Source: a bacterium (GTDB taxonomy: Bacteria > Fidelibacterota > Fidelibacteria > Fidelibacterales > Fidelibacteraceae). Taken from it: DNA of 64,000 nt. This document shows positions 42,516 to 51,965 of the stretch, piece after piece (within the stretch, counting starts at the first letter, position 1; each line of letters begins with the position of its first letter). The DNA is taken from NCBI GenBank assembly GCA_963676395.1, contig OY781066.1, forward strand, positions 1,056,001 to 1,120,000, given 5' to 3'. The notes under the pieces were generated by a model that was not told the DNA's origin, did no database searches, and worked only from the letters and a program-made list of their open reading frames with translations. The position numbers were made by a program, and so were the translations under genes.

Positions 42516-42806
42516 CTATGTGAATTTCTTGTTTTTCTTTACAACAACTATCAACAAGGTGCTTTGCAATAAGGTCGCAATACTATTAGTGACTAATAGG
42601 GCAATAGTATGAAAACGAATCCCATAAAATGTCCAAAACAAATATATCAAAAAGAACCCAATAATAAACACCATCGAAAGAGAACTCTTTTCTGGACTTC
42701 TATATTCTTTTATGACCTGGACTAGCAAAACCAAGCAACCGGAAAGTCCGGCAACAAGTCCAAGTGTTTCAAACAATGCAGGGGATACAGAATCAAGAAA
42801 GTTCAT
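42516..42806 (-). CDS. PQ-loop/SemiSWEET-like small membrane protein
   Basis: Three TM helices, Q..K...S..LS, W..YG, TN motifs; lacks the Pro of PQ. Confidence 0.65.
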   Translation of the reverse strand: MNFLDSVSPALFETLGLVAGLSGCLVLLVQVIKEYRSPEKSSLSMVFIIGFFLIYLFWTFYGIRFHTIALLVTNSIATLLQSTLLIVVVKKNKKFT

Positions 42807-42856
42807 TATAAGGCTCCAATTAGTATTTTTATATATAAGCAATCTTCCATAAGAGA

Positions 42857-44062
42857 TTACTCACCAATTTCTTTTCTCTGATATGTTTTTCCAAGTTCAA
42901 CAGATTGGCAATACTCAGAATTCCAACTTTTCTTAAATATCTCCGTCACGCGGTTTGCAAGCTGAGCGTTTTGAATAATGACTCCAAGATTACGTCCCTT
43001 GTAATAGTAACTCTTCGACCAATTGGATGTCCCCAGCCAAAACTCTTTGTCATCCACCACCATAAATTTACAATGTTCAACACGCGCATATCCAATATAG
43101 CCTTCGCTTGCTTCGGGAATGGTGGAAAATTTAATTTCAATATTTGGAATAGCATGCAGTGATTTTATGTAATTAATACGTGGTGAATAATAATTCCAAT
43201 CCGAGAGTATCATCTCAACCTCTACACCTCTGGCAGCCGCTTTGCGAAGTGCCACATCTAAAACGTCATAGTATTCCCCGCGAGAATAAGGAGAATAACT
43301 CAGCAGTTGAATATGAATACTTTCTCTCGCTTCATTGATCATCCGCAGCAATTGAAATTCATCCCAATTAGCTTCATGATAAATGATCTTAGGATTGCTG
43401 GCGCTAGGTATAATGGTTGTTTTACCATGCTCCGCTAATTTTAATCTGAACATTTTCATGTCATCCGAATATTCAATATTTGCAAGCAATGCCTCAGTAT
43501 CCGCGTCTTCTGCCGATAATAACCAGTCTAATTCAAAAAGCTCTTTATAAAATTTTACCAGATTTTTGCTTTTGATCCTGATCCCCAATTCATGAATATG
43601 CTTCAATGCTCGCCAATCAAAATTCTGCGAACCGATAAAGATATCTTTATTATCCACAATAAAATATTTAGCGTGCAATACACCACCGCTAATATCCTTT
43701 AAACGATAAACGTGCACGTCTATTCCCGAATGTTCATTCAGTTTATCCGCTGTTTCGGGATAAGTTTTATACATGCTTCCATCAACGATAAAGCGTATTT
43801 TTACACCACGATCTGCAGCTGAAACGATCGCATTTAGTATAGGTTCGAGTGCTTCACCTTTCTTGTGAGAAATATAAAATTGACCAAGATCAATAGAGTG
43901 CTTTGCAGCATTAATCATTTCCAACCATACCTCAGGCGTATTACGAATATCGGAATTATCCAAGGATGTCTCGATGGGAATACTCTCCACCAATTCGACG
44001 GATCCGGCCCAAAGTGCTGACATGCTCATAATGATCATCAATCCTTTAATAATAATTTTCAT
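42857..44062 (-). CDS. Secreted phospholipase D superfamily protein, PLD3/K4-like
   Basis: LVESIP, HAKYFIVD..GSQNFDWR and HCKFMVVD..GTSNWS; start ATG 44062 with signal peptide. Confidence 0.88.
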   Translation of the reverse strand: MKIIIKGLMIIMSMSALWAGSVELVESIPIETSLDNSDIRNTPEVWLEMINAAKHSIDLGQFYISHKKGEALEPILNAIVSAADRGVKIRFIVDGSMYKTYPETADKLNEHSGIDVHVYRLKDISGGVLHAKYFIVDNKDIFIGSQNFDWRALKHIHELGIRIKSKNLVKFYKELFELDWLLSAEDADTEALLANIEYSDDMKMFRLKLAEHGKTTIIPSASNPKIIYHEANWDEFQLLRMINEARESIHIQLLSYSPYSRGEYYDVLDVALRKAAARGVEVEMILSDWNYYSPRINYIKSLHAIPNIEIKFSTIPEASEGYIGYARVEHCKFMVVDDKEFWLGTSNWSKSYYYKGRNLGVIIQNAQLANRVTEIFKKSWNSEYCQSVELGKTYQRKEIGE

Positions 44063-44346
44063 AACAGATCCTTTTATTATGGTAAAATATATAAAGAAAT
44101 TAATGATTATCCAACCGAGTCGAAGCAGAAGGCAGCAGTTAGAAGTTAGAATTTTTAATAGAAAAGCGGAATCATAATTAAAGAATATGGTCACAAATTT
44201 ATAGAAGTCAGAAATCAAAACACATCACCTTCTTGAATTCATCAATTTCAACTCACGTTCATCCCATTGATTGTTCGATTACTCATCTTTAATCTTTTTT
44301 CTTTAATCTTACGAAAGTAAATTTACCATCATACAAAGGAGTCACT

Positions 44347-44802
44347 ATGAGCGAAGCTTGGCATGTAGCACCGGGTAGAGGTTTCGGAGATATTCTGTTC
44401 GGGATCTCAAAAGAAAAACTTGTTGAATTGTTGGATAAACCAGATGCCCTTGATAAAAGTGTTGAAGGTGATGATATCTGTGAACATTACTACTATGATG
44501 ATCTGGATATTGCATTTACCTTTTCTTCAGCCGAAGGAAATAAACTATTGGTAATAACAATTGGCAACCCTCAATACTTGATCGCCGAGAAACTTCATAC
44601 CGGCATGGAAATGGAGGAGGCTTTAACGGAAATTGAAAAGCTCAAATGGGAAGCTCCGGAAATTGAAGAAGTTGAAGAAGATAATTTGATCTTTAGTTTT
44701 GGAGAAACAGGTGTGGATGTTTGGTTTGAAGACGGCATCCTAACCGGATTTCAACTGACACCCCAGTGGAAAAATGATGAAGAAATTGATTGGCCGGAAT
44801 AA
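44347..44802 (+). CDS. Acidic hypothetical protein
   Basis: AGGAG RBS; PG.G.G.I.FG start; two similar halves. Confidence 0.7.
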   Translation: MSEAWHVAPGRGFGDILFGISKEKLVELLDKPDALDKSVEGDDICEHYYYDDLDIAFTFSSAEGNKLLVITIGNPQYLIAEKLHTGMEMEEALTEIEKLKWEAPEIEEVEEDNLIFSFGETGVDVWFEDGILTGFQLTPQWKNDEEIDWPE

Positions 44803-44828
44803 CAAAGGCCAAAAGCTAGAAGCTGGAA

Positions 44829-44932
44829 TGTTTCATCTCGACCAAAGGATCAACAATAGTTGAAGCGAAGAGATCTCAAACGACAAATAAATACTTATAA
44901 TTTAAGATTTCTCCACTTCGGTCGAAATGACA
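44829..44932. repeat. GTCAT...ATGAC-type palindromic intergenic element
   Basis: TCATCTCGACC ... GGTCGAAATGA inverted ends with inner AGAGATCT/AGATTTCT. Confidence 0.65.
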
Positions 44933-44937
44933 CACTG

Positions 44938-45927
44938 TCACTTTATAAAATCTAAATACGCCGATTCTCCATAGTACTTATACCCTTGTTCGTCAAATTC
45001 TGTACCACTCAATATTGAATGAATAAATCCATTCCGATATACTTGAACCGTATGTAAAATTTCACGTTCAGGATTTTCTTTTAACAGTATCTGTAATCTT
45101 TTTTGAAAAGCCGTAAAGCGTATTATCTCGCCAGTCCGCTCTTCTTGAAATGAAACATACATATTCCATCTTTTCAACATCAATTTACTGTTCCACCAAG
45201 TGCCACCCTGAGCGGAAACAACAGGTTTGCCTTTATATAGCGCTACACTGTCGTTATAAGCCATAACACAAAGATATGTATCGTCGCGTTTGGATATAAA
45301 ATCATACATCAAACTATCAAAATGACCGGCATCGTATTTATAATTATAATTACTATCCATAAATGCAATTCTATCTATCCGGTCCGGAATAACATCTATC
45401 CCTTGCAAATAACGTAATATCCATGATCCGCCTGCGCTGTGACCATTCAAACTTACGGTATAGTTTAATTTTTTAAATGGTTGAAGAAGTTCATCCATCA
45501 TTTTCCGGATCAAGTCAATATAATTGTCCGGATGCTTATCATCATATAATTGCCAGGCCCAATATCTTGGTTGAATATAGATCACAATCAAATTTTTATT
45601 TTTCAATACCTTTCTCAAGAATCGGGTTTGCGCCCCAATATGCTGAATATCATAATGCCAGTTATCACCCGCCTCCATTTTCTTGCCTTTTGTCCAATCA
45701 ATGGTATTTCCTGCGGGACAGGCATAAAAACAGATAATAGTTTTTTTATGTTTTTTAAGAGTATTTTTATCGGGAGCATTAATATGAACATCTATATCAT
45801 TACCCCACACAAAATCTTTGCTTTGCTCATGCAGGTTGGGGTCTTGTGTAAACCCCTCCAATGCCAACGAAAAAGCAAACGAAATGCAAAAAGCCAAACA
45901 CACCCAAAGCTTAAAAAGATGTTTCAT
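44938..45927 (-). CDS. Exported alpha/beta-hydrolase-like protein
   Basis: GHSAGG nucleophile elbow; start ATG 45927 with GGAG RBS and signal peptide. Confidence 0.6.
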   Translation of the reverse strand: MKHLFKLWVCLAFCISFAFSLALEGFTQDPNLHEQSKDFVWGNDIDVHINAPDKNTLKKHKKTIICFYACPAGNTIDWTKGKKMEAGDNWHYDIQHIGAQTRFLRKVLKNKNLIVIYIQPRYWAWQLYDDKHPDNYIDLIRKMMDELLQPFKKLNYTVSLNGHSAGGSWILRYLQGIDVIPDRIDRIAFMDSNYNYKYDAGHFDSLMYDFISKRDDTYLCVMAYNDSVALYKGKPVVSAQGGTWWNSKLMLKRWNMYVSFQEERTGEIIRFTAFQKRLQILLKENPEREILHTVQVYRNGFIHSILSGTEFDEQGYKYYGESAYLDFIK

Positions 45928-46028
45928 ATCTTCTCCATTAATTATTGCTACACTATAATATAAGTGAGAAATAAATAATAACAAACCAATGGGTCATTGA
46001 TCGATTCTTCATTTTTTTCGGATAAACG

Positions 46029-46058
46029 AAAACCGCCTGTCAGTGGCGTGACAGGCGG
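46029..46058 (-). terminator. Intrinsic terminator after degP
   Basis: CCGCCTGTCA/TGACAGGCGG stem, T-run on minus strand. Confidence 0.75.
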
Positions 46059-46092
46059 GGTTGTATATCTAATATACTAAGGAGAGTTGTAT

Positions 46093-47472
46093 TTACTTTG
46101 CTTTGACGGTAATAAAACGTTTATTACCGTTTTTTGTTTCAATTAAAATTAAAACTGTTTGGTTTTTTTCAAATTTATCGAATTCGCGATGATAATCATC
46201 AATATCCTTAACCGTTTTACCTTCAAGTGTGATAATTCTATTACCGGGACGAAGTCCTTTTTGATAGGCTTCGGATGAAGGTTTTACTTTTACGATCACA
46301 ACACCTTTTTGGGTATCTAATCCAAATTCTCTGGCCAATTCTTCACTGTTGTTCCTGACGGAAAATCCAAGATCGATATCCACTTCGGCTTCTTCGAGAT
46401 CGGCCAAAGTTTTTTCACCGGGGATCTCATCAAGTTTTACGTTAATATTCTTAATCTTTTGGTCTCTTACCAAAGTCAATTTTACGGTTTCACCGGGTGA
46501 ACGGGATGAAATATTGATCTGTAGTTCTGAAGGAGTTTCTACATCTTCGTTGTTTACTTTGATGATCACATCACCGGCCTTTAGTTTGGCTGATTCTGCG
46601 GGACTGTCTTCAACAACATCCGAAATAAGTACACCGTCAATATCATCCAAACCAAGAGATTTGGATAGATCCTGATTTAATTCTTGTATGTTCACACCCA
46701 ACCAGGCGCGTATCACACGACCTTCGGAAATTAGATCATTCATCACTTTCTTGGCAAGATCAATGGGGATAGCAAAACCTATACCATTTGAACCACCACT
46801 GCGGCTTAAAATAGCAGAATTAATACCAATCACTTCGCCATTGAGATTAACCAAAGCACCACCGGAGTTTCCCGGGTTGATCGATGCATCGGTCTGGATA
46901 TATGATTCATATGTATTCAAGCCGACACCGGAACGACCCAGTCCCGATACAATACCGTGAGTAACCGTATTACCAAGTCGGGCTGAAAAGGGTGAGCCTA
47001 TAGCAAGAACAAATTCCCCTACACTAACGTCATCGGATTCACCGAGTTCTGCCGCGGGAAGTTTATCACCATCAATTCGAAGCAAAGCAATATCGGTCTT
47101 TGAATCTCCACCGATAAGTTCAGCTTCAAATTCGCGTTTATCAGACAAAACAACGGTAATCTCTTCGGCATCCTTAATAACATGATTGTTGGTAATAACA
47201 TAACCGTCTTTTACCAAAACACCCGATCCCAAAGCAGACGAGCGGTATTCGCGTTCTTTTTTAGGTGTATCAAAACCAAAAAACTCAAAAGGAATATTCA
47301 ATTCGGCCAAGGGGTTATTGATTTTGGTTACACGCTCTGCAGTAATCGTAACAACTGAAGGTGATACTTTATCTGCAACATTAACAAACTGATCAGAAAG
47401 TGATCGTAGGTCCTGTGCGCCAAGCGGCACAAGCATAACAGCGACCAGTAAAATTGACATCCATTTTTTCAT
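46093..47472 (-). CDS. degP: DegP/DegQ (HtrA) serine protease with two PDZ domains
   Basis: TNNHV, DIAL, QTDASINPGNSGG; GGAG RBS before ATG 47472. Confidence 0.93.
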   Translation of the reverse strand: MKKWMSILLVAVMLVPLGAQDLRSLSDQFVNVADKVSPSVVTITAERVTKINNPLAELNIPFEFFGFDTPKKEREYRSSALGSGVLVKDGYVITNNHVIKDAEEITVVLSDKREFEAELIGGDSKTDIALLRIDGDKLPAAELGESDDVSVGEFVLAIGSPFSARLGNTVTHGIVSGLGRSGVGLNTYESYIQTDASINPGNSGGALVNLNGEVIGINSAILSRSGGSNGIGFAIPIDLAKKVMNDLISEGRVIRAWLGVNIQELNQDLSKSLGLDDIDGVLISDVVEDSPAESAKLKAGDVIIKVNNEDVETPSELQINISSRSPGETVKLTLVRDQKIKNINVKLDEIPGEKTLADLEEAEVDIDLGFSVRNNSEELAREFGLDTQKGVVIVKVKPSSEAYQKGLRPGNRIITLEGKTVKDIDDYHREFDKFEKNQTVLILIETKNGNKRFITVKAK

Positions 47473-47672
47473 TTGTTTTCTCCTATTCAATCGTTGTCAT
47501 AAATGAATAGAGATCGGCGAAAGTTCCAAAATTTTTAAAAAACCTCCATGACAATACCTCGAATTACGAATATCAATTAATGAATAAGAATTTTTGGGTT
47601 AGAAAAATGAATGGGAATTCTTGAATTATCAATCCGAACGACCCTCCGCCACCAAGCCCCGAAAAAAATAAC

Positions 47673-47701
47673 TTGTATAAAATGTAATTTCAGACTAAGT
47701 T
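47673..47701 (+). promoter_or_regulatory. Candidate cassette promoter (Pc-like)
   Basis: TTGTAT-N17-TAAGTT about 140 bp upstream of the first recombination point. Confidence 0.35.
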
Positions 47702-47789
47702 AACTACGAACATAACAAAAAGCTATAAAACTTGGACGTCTATCAGATAAAACAGACAGGACTAAAGTATTAAAGAGAAATAAACACAA

Positions 47790-47850
47790 TAAACAATACA
47801 TGCCATATTGGAGATATATACACAATAGGCATACACTAACGTTGTAAAAC
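47790..47850 (+). mobile_element. attI-like site / first cassette recombination point
   Basis: G^TTGTAAAAC at 47841 is the exact reverse complement of GTTTTACAAC at the cassette end (48788); upstream ATACAC direct repeats; no 131-bp attC body. Confidence 0.6.
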
Positions 47851-47865
47851 ATTAAAATGAGAGAT

Positions 47866-48786
47866 ATGAAATGGCCAAATGATAAAGAGTTTGCATTTAC
47901 GATAATAGATGATACGGATAATGCAACATTAGATAATATTGCTTCTGTTTATTCATTTTTAGCAAGTAAAAATATCAAAACCACGAAAACAGTGTGGATT
48001 TATCCTTCAAGAAATAATTTTACTGGGCAAACTATACAGAATGATGATTATTTTTCATTTCTTTTTAATTTAGAAAAGCAAGGATTTGAAATACAATTAC
48101 ATAATGTTGGAAGTGGAAAATTTAAACGTACAGAAATAATTGAAGGATTAAAAATATTCAAAGAAAAATTTGGAAGATATCCTAAAATGCATATAAATCA
48201 TTCTTCCAATCCAGATAATTTATATTGGGGTTATAAAAGATACGGTATTGTCCTAAGAAGTATAATTAAGTTGTTAAAAGGTAAAATAAGACGATTTTAT
48301 GGAGATGAAATTGAAAGTGAATATTTTTGGGGAGACTACTCCAAGGATAAGATTAAATTTATCAGAAATAGAGCTTTTAATGGTATTAACACTTTGAAAT
48401 ATGACCCTCGAATGCCATTTAAGGAAAAGCATAAGGAATATACTAACTATTGGTTTAGTTCATCTGATGGACATACAGTTGAGGAGTTTAATGATTTAAT
48501 ATCAAAATCTAATATAAACGAACTAAAAAGACAAAATGGTTTATGTATAGTTTATACTCATTTTGCTTCCGGGTTTATTGATTCTAATGGCAAACTAAAT
48601 GAAAGGTTTAAAGAAAATATAGAATATTTGTCAATTCAGAACGGATGGTTTGTACCTGCAAGTGAAATATTAGAGTATTTAATATCTCAAAAGAAAAAAG
48701 ACTATGTTAGCAGTTTTTATATTAATGTCTTGGATTTTAAATGGCTATCAAATAGGATTTTAAAGAAAATGAAATATGGACGATAA
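47866..48786 (+). CDS. Cassette 1: polysaccharide-deacetylase-like (NodB-fold) protein
   Basis: FAFTIIDDTD, GFEIQLH, HINH, VYTHF motifs; alternative start 47857. Confidence 0.6.
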   Translation: MKWPNDKEFAFTIIDDTDNATLDNIASVYSFLASKNIKTTKTVWIYPSRNNFTGQTIQNDDYFSFLFNLEKQGFEIQLHNVGSGKFKRTEIIEGLKIFKEKFGRYPKMHINHSSNPDNLYWGYKRYGIVLRSIIKLLKGKIRRFYGDEIESEYFWGDYSKDKIKFIRNRAFNGINTLKYDPRMPFKEKHKEYTNYWFSSSDGHTVEEFNDLISKSNINELKRQNGLCIVYTHFASGFIDSNGKLNERFKENIEYLSIQNGWFVPASEILEYLISQKKKDYVSSFYINVLDFKWLSNRILKKMKYGR

Positions 48787-48790
48787 CGTT

Positions 48791-48921
48791 TTACAACAAT
48801 AAATATACGTAATGCGGGGCGATTTGCTAAATTTAAACTTTGATACATTTAATAAACAAGGTAACGGTTAGATAGTAAGGAGCTTAGAAATCCCGCACTA
48901 CGCATATTCAAGCCGTTAGCG
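48791..48921 (+). mobile_element. attC site 1 (131 bp)
   Basis: R'' TTACAAC, arm AATATACGTAATGCGGG pairing with CCCGCACTACGCATATT, R' GTTAGCG. Confidence 0.85.
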
Positions 48922-48959
48922 GCAAGTTAAAGAGAAGACCCTGCAAAAAATGATGCATA

Positions 48960-50984
48960 TTGAAAAAGATTGATTTACATATTCATACTAAAGCTTCAAT
49001 TACAGATGCTGATTTTTCTTTTAGTTTAGATAAATTAAAAGAATATGTTGAAACTCTTAAAATAGATTGTATTGCTGTAACGAATCACAATCTATTTGAT
49101 TTGGAACAGTTTCAAGAGATTTTTAGAGAATTATCCTGTAAGGTTTTACCAGGTGTAGAAATAAACCTAGAGAAAGGGCATTTGTTGTTAATTTCGGAGA
49201 ATACGGAGCTTGAAGAATTTGAAAGTAAATGTAAAAAAGTTGAAATACTAATTGAAAATAAAGACGATTATATTTCTGTGGCTCAATTGACAGAAATATT
49301 CGGAGACTTGTCTAGATATTTGCTTATTCCTCACTATGATAAAGCAAAAGTTATTCGTCAAGAAACAATAGACGAACTAAGTAGTTACATTTCAGCAGGG
49401 GAAGTCGGTAGTCCGCGAAAATTTACATATTGCATTAAAAATCCACAAAGTTTAGTTCCTGTATTATTTAGCGATTTACGTTTTAAAGAAGAGATGACTG
49501 AGTTCTCTCCGCGCCAAACATTTATTGATATTGATGACACATCTGTAAGAGCCATTAAAATTTGTTTGGCTGATAAAGACAAAGTTTTTCTGACTGAATC
49601 AGAAGGTCATAGGTTTTTTCAAGTATTTGAAAATGGACAAAAGCTATCAAACGGACTAAATGTCATTTTAGGTAAACGTTCAAGTGGAAAGAGCTTTACA
49701 TTAAAAAGAATTTATAGGGATTTTGATAATGTAAAGTTTATTGAACAGTTCGAATTACTTGAAAAAAATGAAGAAAAGGATAAGAAAAGATTCAATGATT
49801 TGCTATCCACCAAACAAAATAGTGTTTCAGAGGAATATCTTAAAGAGTTTAAAGAGGTTGTCGATGATATTTTAAAGATTGACCATGTTGAAAATGAAAA
49901 GGCTGTTGAAAATTATCTTGATTCATTATTAAAAGTAGCTTCTGAAGAGGAAAAAAAGGATGTTTACTCAAAGTGTGCACTTTTCAATGAAAGTAAATTT
50001 ATTGAATCAGAAAATGAAGGTTTAAAAAGACTTATTGATTCAACCCAAATGTTAATTGACAACATTGAATATCGGGATATTATTGACAAACATGTATCAA
50101 AAGAGTCGTTACGAGAATTAATCATCGATTTGATTTTGAAATACAGAGAACTTCAAGAACTAAATCAAAAACAATTATGGGTCAACTCAATTATTTCGAA
50201 TATAAAAATAGAACTAAAGTCTAATACAGCCTATTCTTCGATTGACGAGATTGATTTTTATCAAATACAGTTTGATAAAATCAAACTATTAAAGTTTTCT
50301 GATATTGTTAGTAGCGTTAAGAAGGAAAGAATCATTAAGCAAAATGAAGTTAGGCGGTTTAAAATTGTAGCAAGCACAAAATTATTTAAAGGTGCTCAAG
50401 AACTTTTAGATAAAAGTGGAAAGAAGACTCGATTTAAAGATGCATTTGATAAATATGAAAATCCAATTGAATATTTAGATGAGTTAAAGCAAATTGAAGT
50501 ACTTCCTGAAACAGACTACTATAAGTATTTTATAGAAATAGAATACATGATTTTAAATGAACATGGAGTAGAGGTATCAGGAGGAGAACGTTCAGAATTT
50601 AATCTTTTAGAAAAAATTCAAAATGCTCATCACTTTGATATGTTGCTGATTGACGAGCCTGAATCCTCTTTTGATAATTTATTTCTTAAAAATGATGTTA
50701 ATGAACAGATTAAGGAAATTGCAAAATCAATGCCTGTGATAATTGTAACACACAACAATACTGTTGGGGCATCAATCCAACCAAATTATATACTTTATAC
50801 AAAAAGAGAGATTATAGATAAAAAAGCAGTTTATAAAATATTTTCTGGAAATCCATCTGACCCTGAATTAATGACAATTGATGGAGAAAAAATTGAGAAC
50901 TATGAAATCATGCTGAATTGTTTAGAGGCTGGGGATTCAGCTTATAATGAACGAGGAAAATCTTATGCAACACTTAAAGATTAA
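48960..50984 (+). CDS. Cassette 2: PHP phosphoesterase + ABC/SMC-like ATPase (Ppl/TrlF-related, candidate anti-phage)
   Basis: DLHIHT, TNHN, PGVE, PHY, FSD; Walker A GKRSSGKS, coiled region, SGGE signature, Walker B LLIDEPE, VTHN; TTG start. Confidence 0.85.
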   Translation: MKKIDLHIHTKASITDADFSFSLDKLKEYVETLKIDCIAVTNHNLFDLEQFQEIFRELSCKVLPGVEINLEKGHLLLISENTELEEFESKCKKVEILIENKDDYISVAQLTEIFGDLSRYLLIPHYDKAKVIRQETIDELSSYISAGEVGSPRKFTYCIKNPQSLVPVLFSDLRFKEEMTEFSPRQTFIDIDDTSVRAIKICLADKDKVFLTESEGHRFFQVFENGQKLSNGLNVILGKRSSGKSFTLKRIYRDFDNVKFIEQFELLEKNEEKDKKRFNDLLSTKQNSVSEEYLKEFKEVVDDILKIDHVENEKAVENYLDSLLKVASEEEKKDVYSKCALFNESKFIESENEGLKRLIDSTQMLIDNIEYRDIIDKHVSKESLRELIIDLILKYRELQELNQKQLWVNSIISNIKIELKSNTAYSSIDEIDFYQIQFDKIKLLKFSDIVSSVKKERIIKQNEVRRFKIVASTKLFKGAQELLDKSGKKTRFKDAFDKYENPIEYLDELKQIEVLPETDYYKYFIEIEYMILNEHGVEVSGGERSEFNLLEKIQNAHHFDMLLIDEPESSFDNLFLKNDVNEQIKEIAKSMPVIIVTHNNTVGASIQPNYILYTKREIIDKKAVYKIFSGNPSDPELMTIDGEKIENYEIMLNCLEAGDSAYNERGKSYATLKD

Positions 50985-51282
50985 TGATAACAAAGGGTTT
51001 TATCAAATAGAACCTAACCAATGGAAAGAGATTGATAAAATCGACAAGGAAGATTTGATGCTTTTATTGGATAAAGCAATAGAATCAGAGTTTGAAATGG
51101 ATAAATTTGAAGCTGATAAAATATCCAACAAAGCGCATTCTATAATTTATAGAAACCTTTATGAAAAATTCTCAGAATTGTCTGAAAACAAGAATAGATT
51201 TAAAGATGAAAGCGAATTATTGTACAAGAATGCTTTTGATAAATACAGCCAGATTGAGTCTAATGAAACTGATGAAGGATAA
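50965..51282 (+). CDS. Cassette 2: small acidic helical protein coupled to the PHP-ATPase
   Basis: GAGGA RBS before ATG 50965; overlaps the upstream gene by 20 nt; stop lies 8 nt before attC2. Confidence 0.75.
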   Translation: MQHLKINDNKGFYQIEPNQWKEIDKIDKEDLMLLLDKAIESEFEMDKFEADKISNKAHSIIYRNLYEKFSELSENKNRFKDESELLYKNAFDKYSQIESNETDEG

Positions 51283-51289
51283 AACCAGC

Positions 51290-51420
51290 TGCTAACACGC
51301 AATATACGTAAGCTGGGTGATGTAGCCAATCTAAGCCTTTGTACATTTATTCAAAATTACAGTGGTTTGATAAGTATTTTCTCCGAAATCCCAGCCTCCG
51401 CATATTGCCATCCGTTATAC
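51290..51420 (+). mobile_element. attC site 2 (131 bp)
   Basis: R'' TGCTAAC, arm GCAATATACGTAAGCTGGG pairing with CCCAGCCTCCGCATATTGC, R' GTTATAC; same length as attC1 and shares blocks with it. Confidence 0.85.
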
Positions 51421-51519
51421 ACAATTCAAAAATTATTTTCCTAAGCAGTAAAATGATGATAGAGTTTCAAACTGTGGATAAATTCGATTTTTTCTTTTAT
51501 TATAGTGGGGGATAATATT

Positions 51520-51927
51520 ATGAACAACGAACAAACAATTAAACTCGTAATTAGCAGGCTTATTGAAGAAGGCAAATTGGATGTAGTCGAAAAATCATTT
51601 TCAAAAAACTATGTCGCCCACGCAGGAGAAAAAGAGTACAAAGGACATGATTTTATTAAAAATTTTGCCGAACAGCTTCATTCTGCAATTCCCGATATTA
51701 AAGTCGTAAAAGTTGAATTCCTGAATAAATCAGGAAATATTATAACGTGGCAGAGAATATTAAGCGGGACACATAAAAAAAATATGATGAGAATTCCTGC
51801 GAGTGGCAAAAAAGTAAAATGGATTGAAATGGTGGTTAGCCGTTTTGAAAACGGAAAGATTTCTGAAGAATGGATTGTCTCAGAACTTATGGGGCAATTA
51901 TTATTAAAAGCTCCTACAAAGAAATAA
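51520..51927 (+). CDS. SnoaL-like ester cyclase
   Basis: AIPD, GTH....IPASGKKV, RFENGKI.EEW. Confidence 0.85.
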   Translation: MNNEQTIKLVISRLIEEGKLDVVEKSFSKNYVAHAGEKEYKGHDFIKNFAEQLHSAIPDIKVVKVEFLNKSGNIITWQRILSGTHKKNMMRIPASGKKVKWIEMVVSRFENGKISEEWIVSELMGQLLLKAPTKK

Positions 51928-51965
51928 TAAAAATAACAAAGAATATTGGAAAAGGGACTTATCAT

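Noticed and set aside
47490..47840. Integrase remnant upstream of the array
   Set aside because: No ORF or tyrosine-recombinase motif (HxLRH, LGH, TTxIYTH) could be read in this short interval
48791..51420. CRISPR interpretation of the repeats
   Set aside because: Repeats are 131 bp, divergent and separated by whole genes; no cas genes
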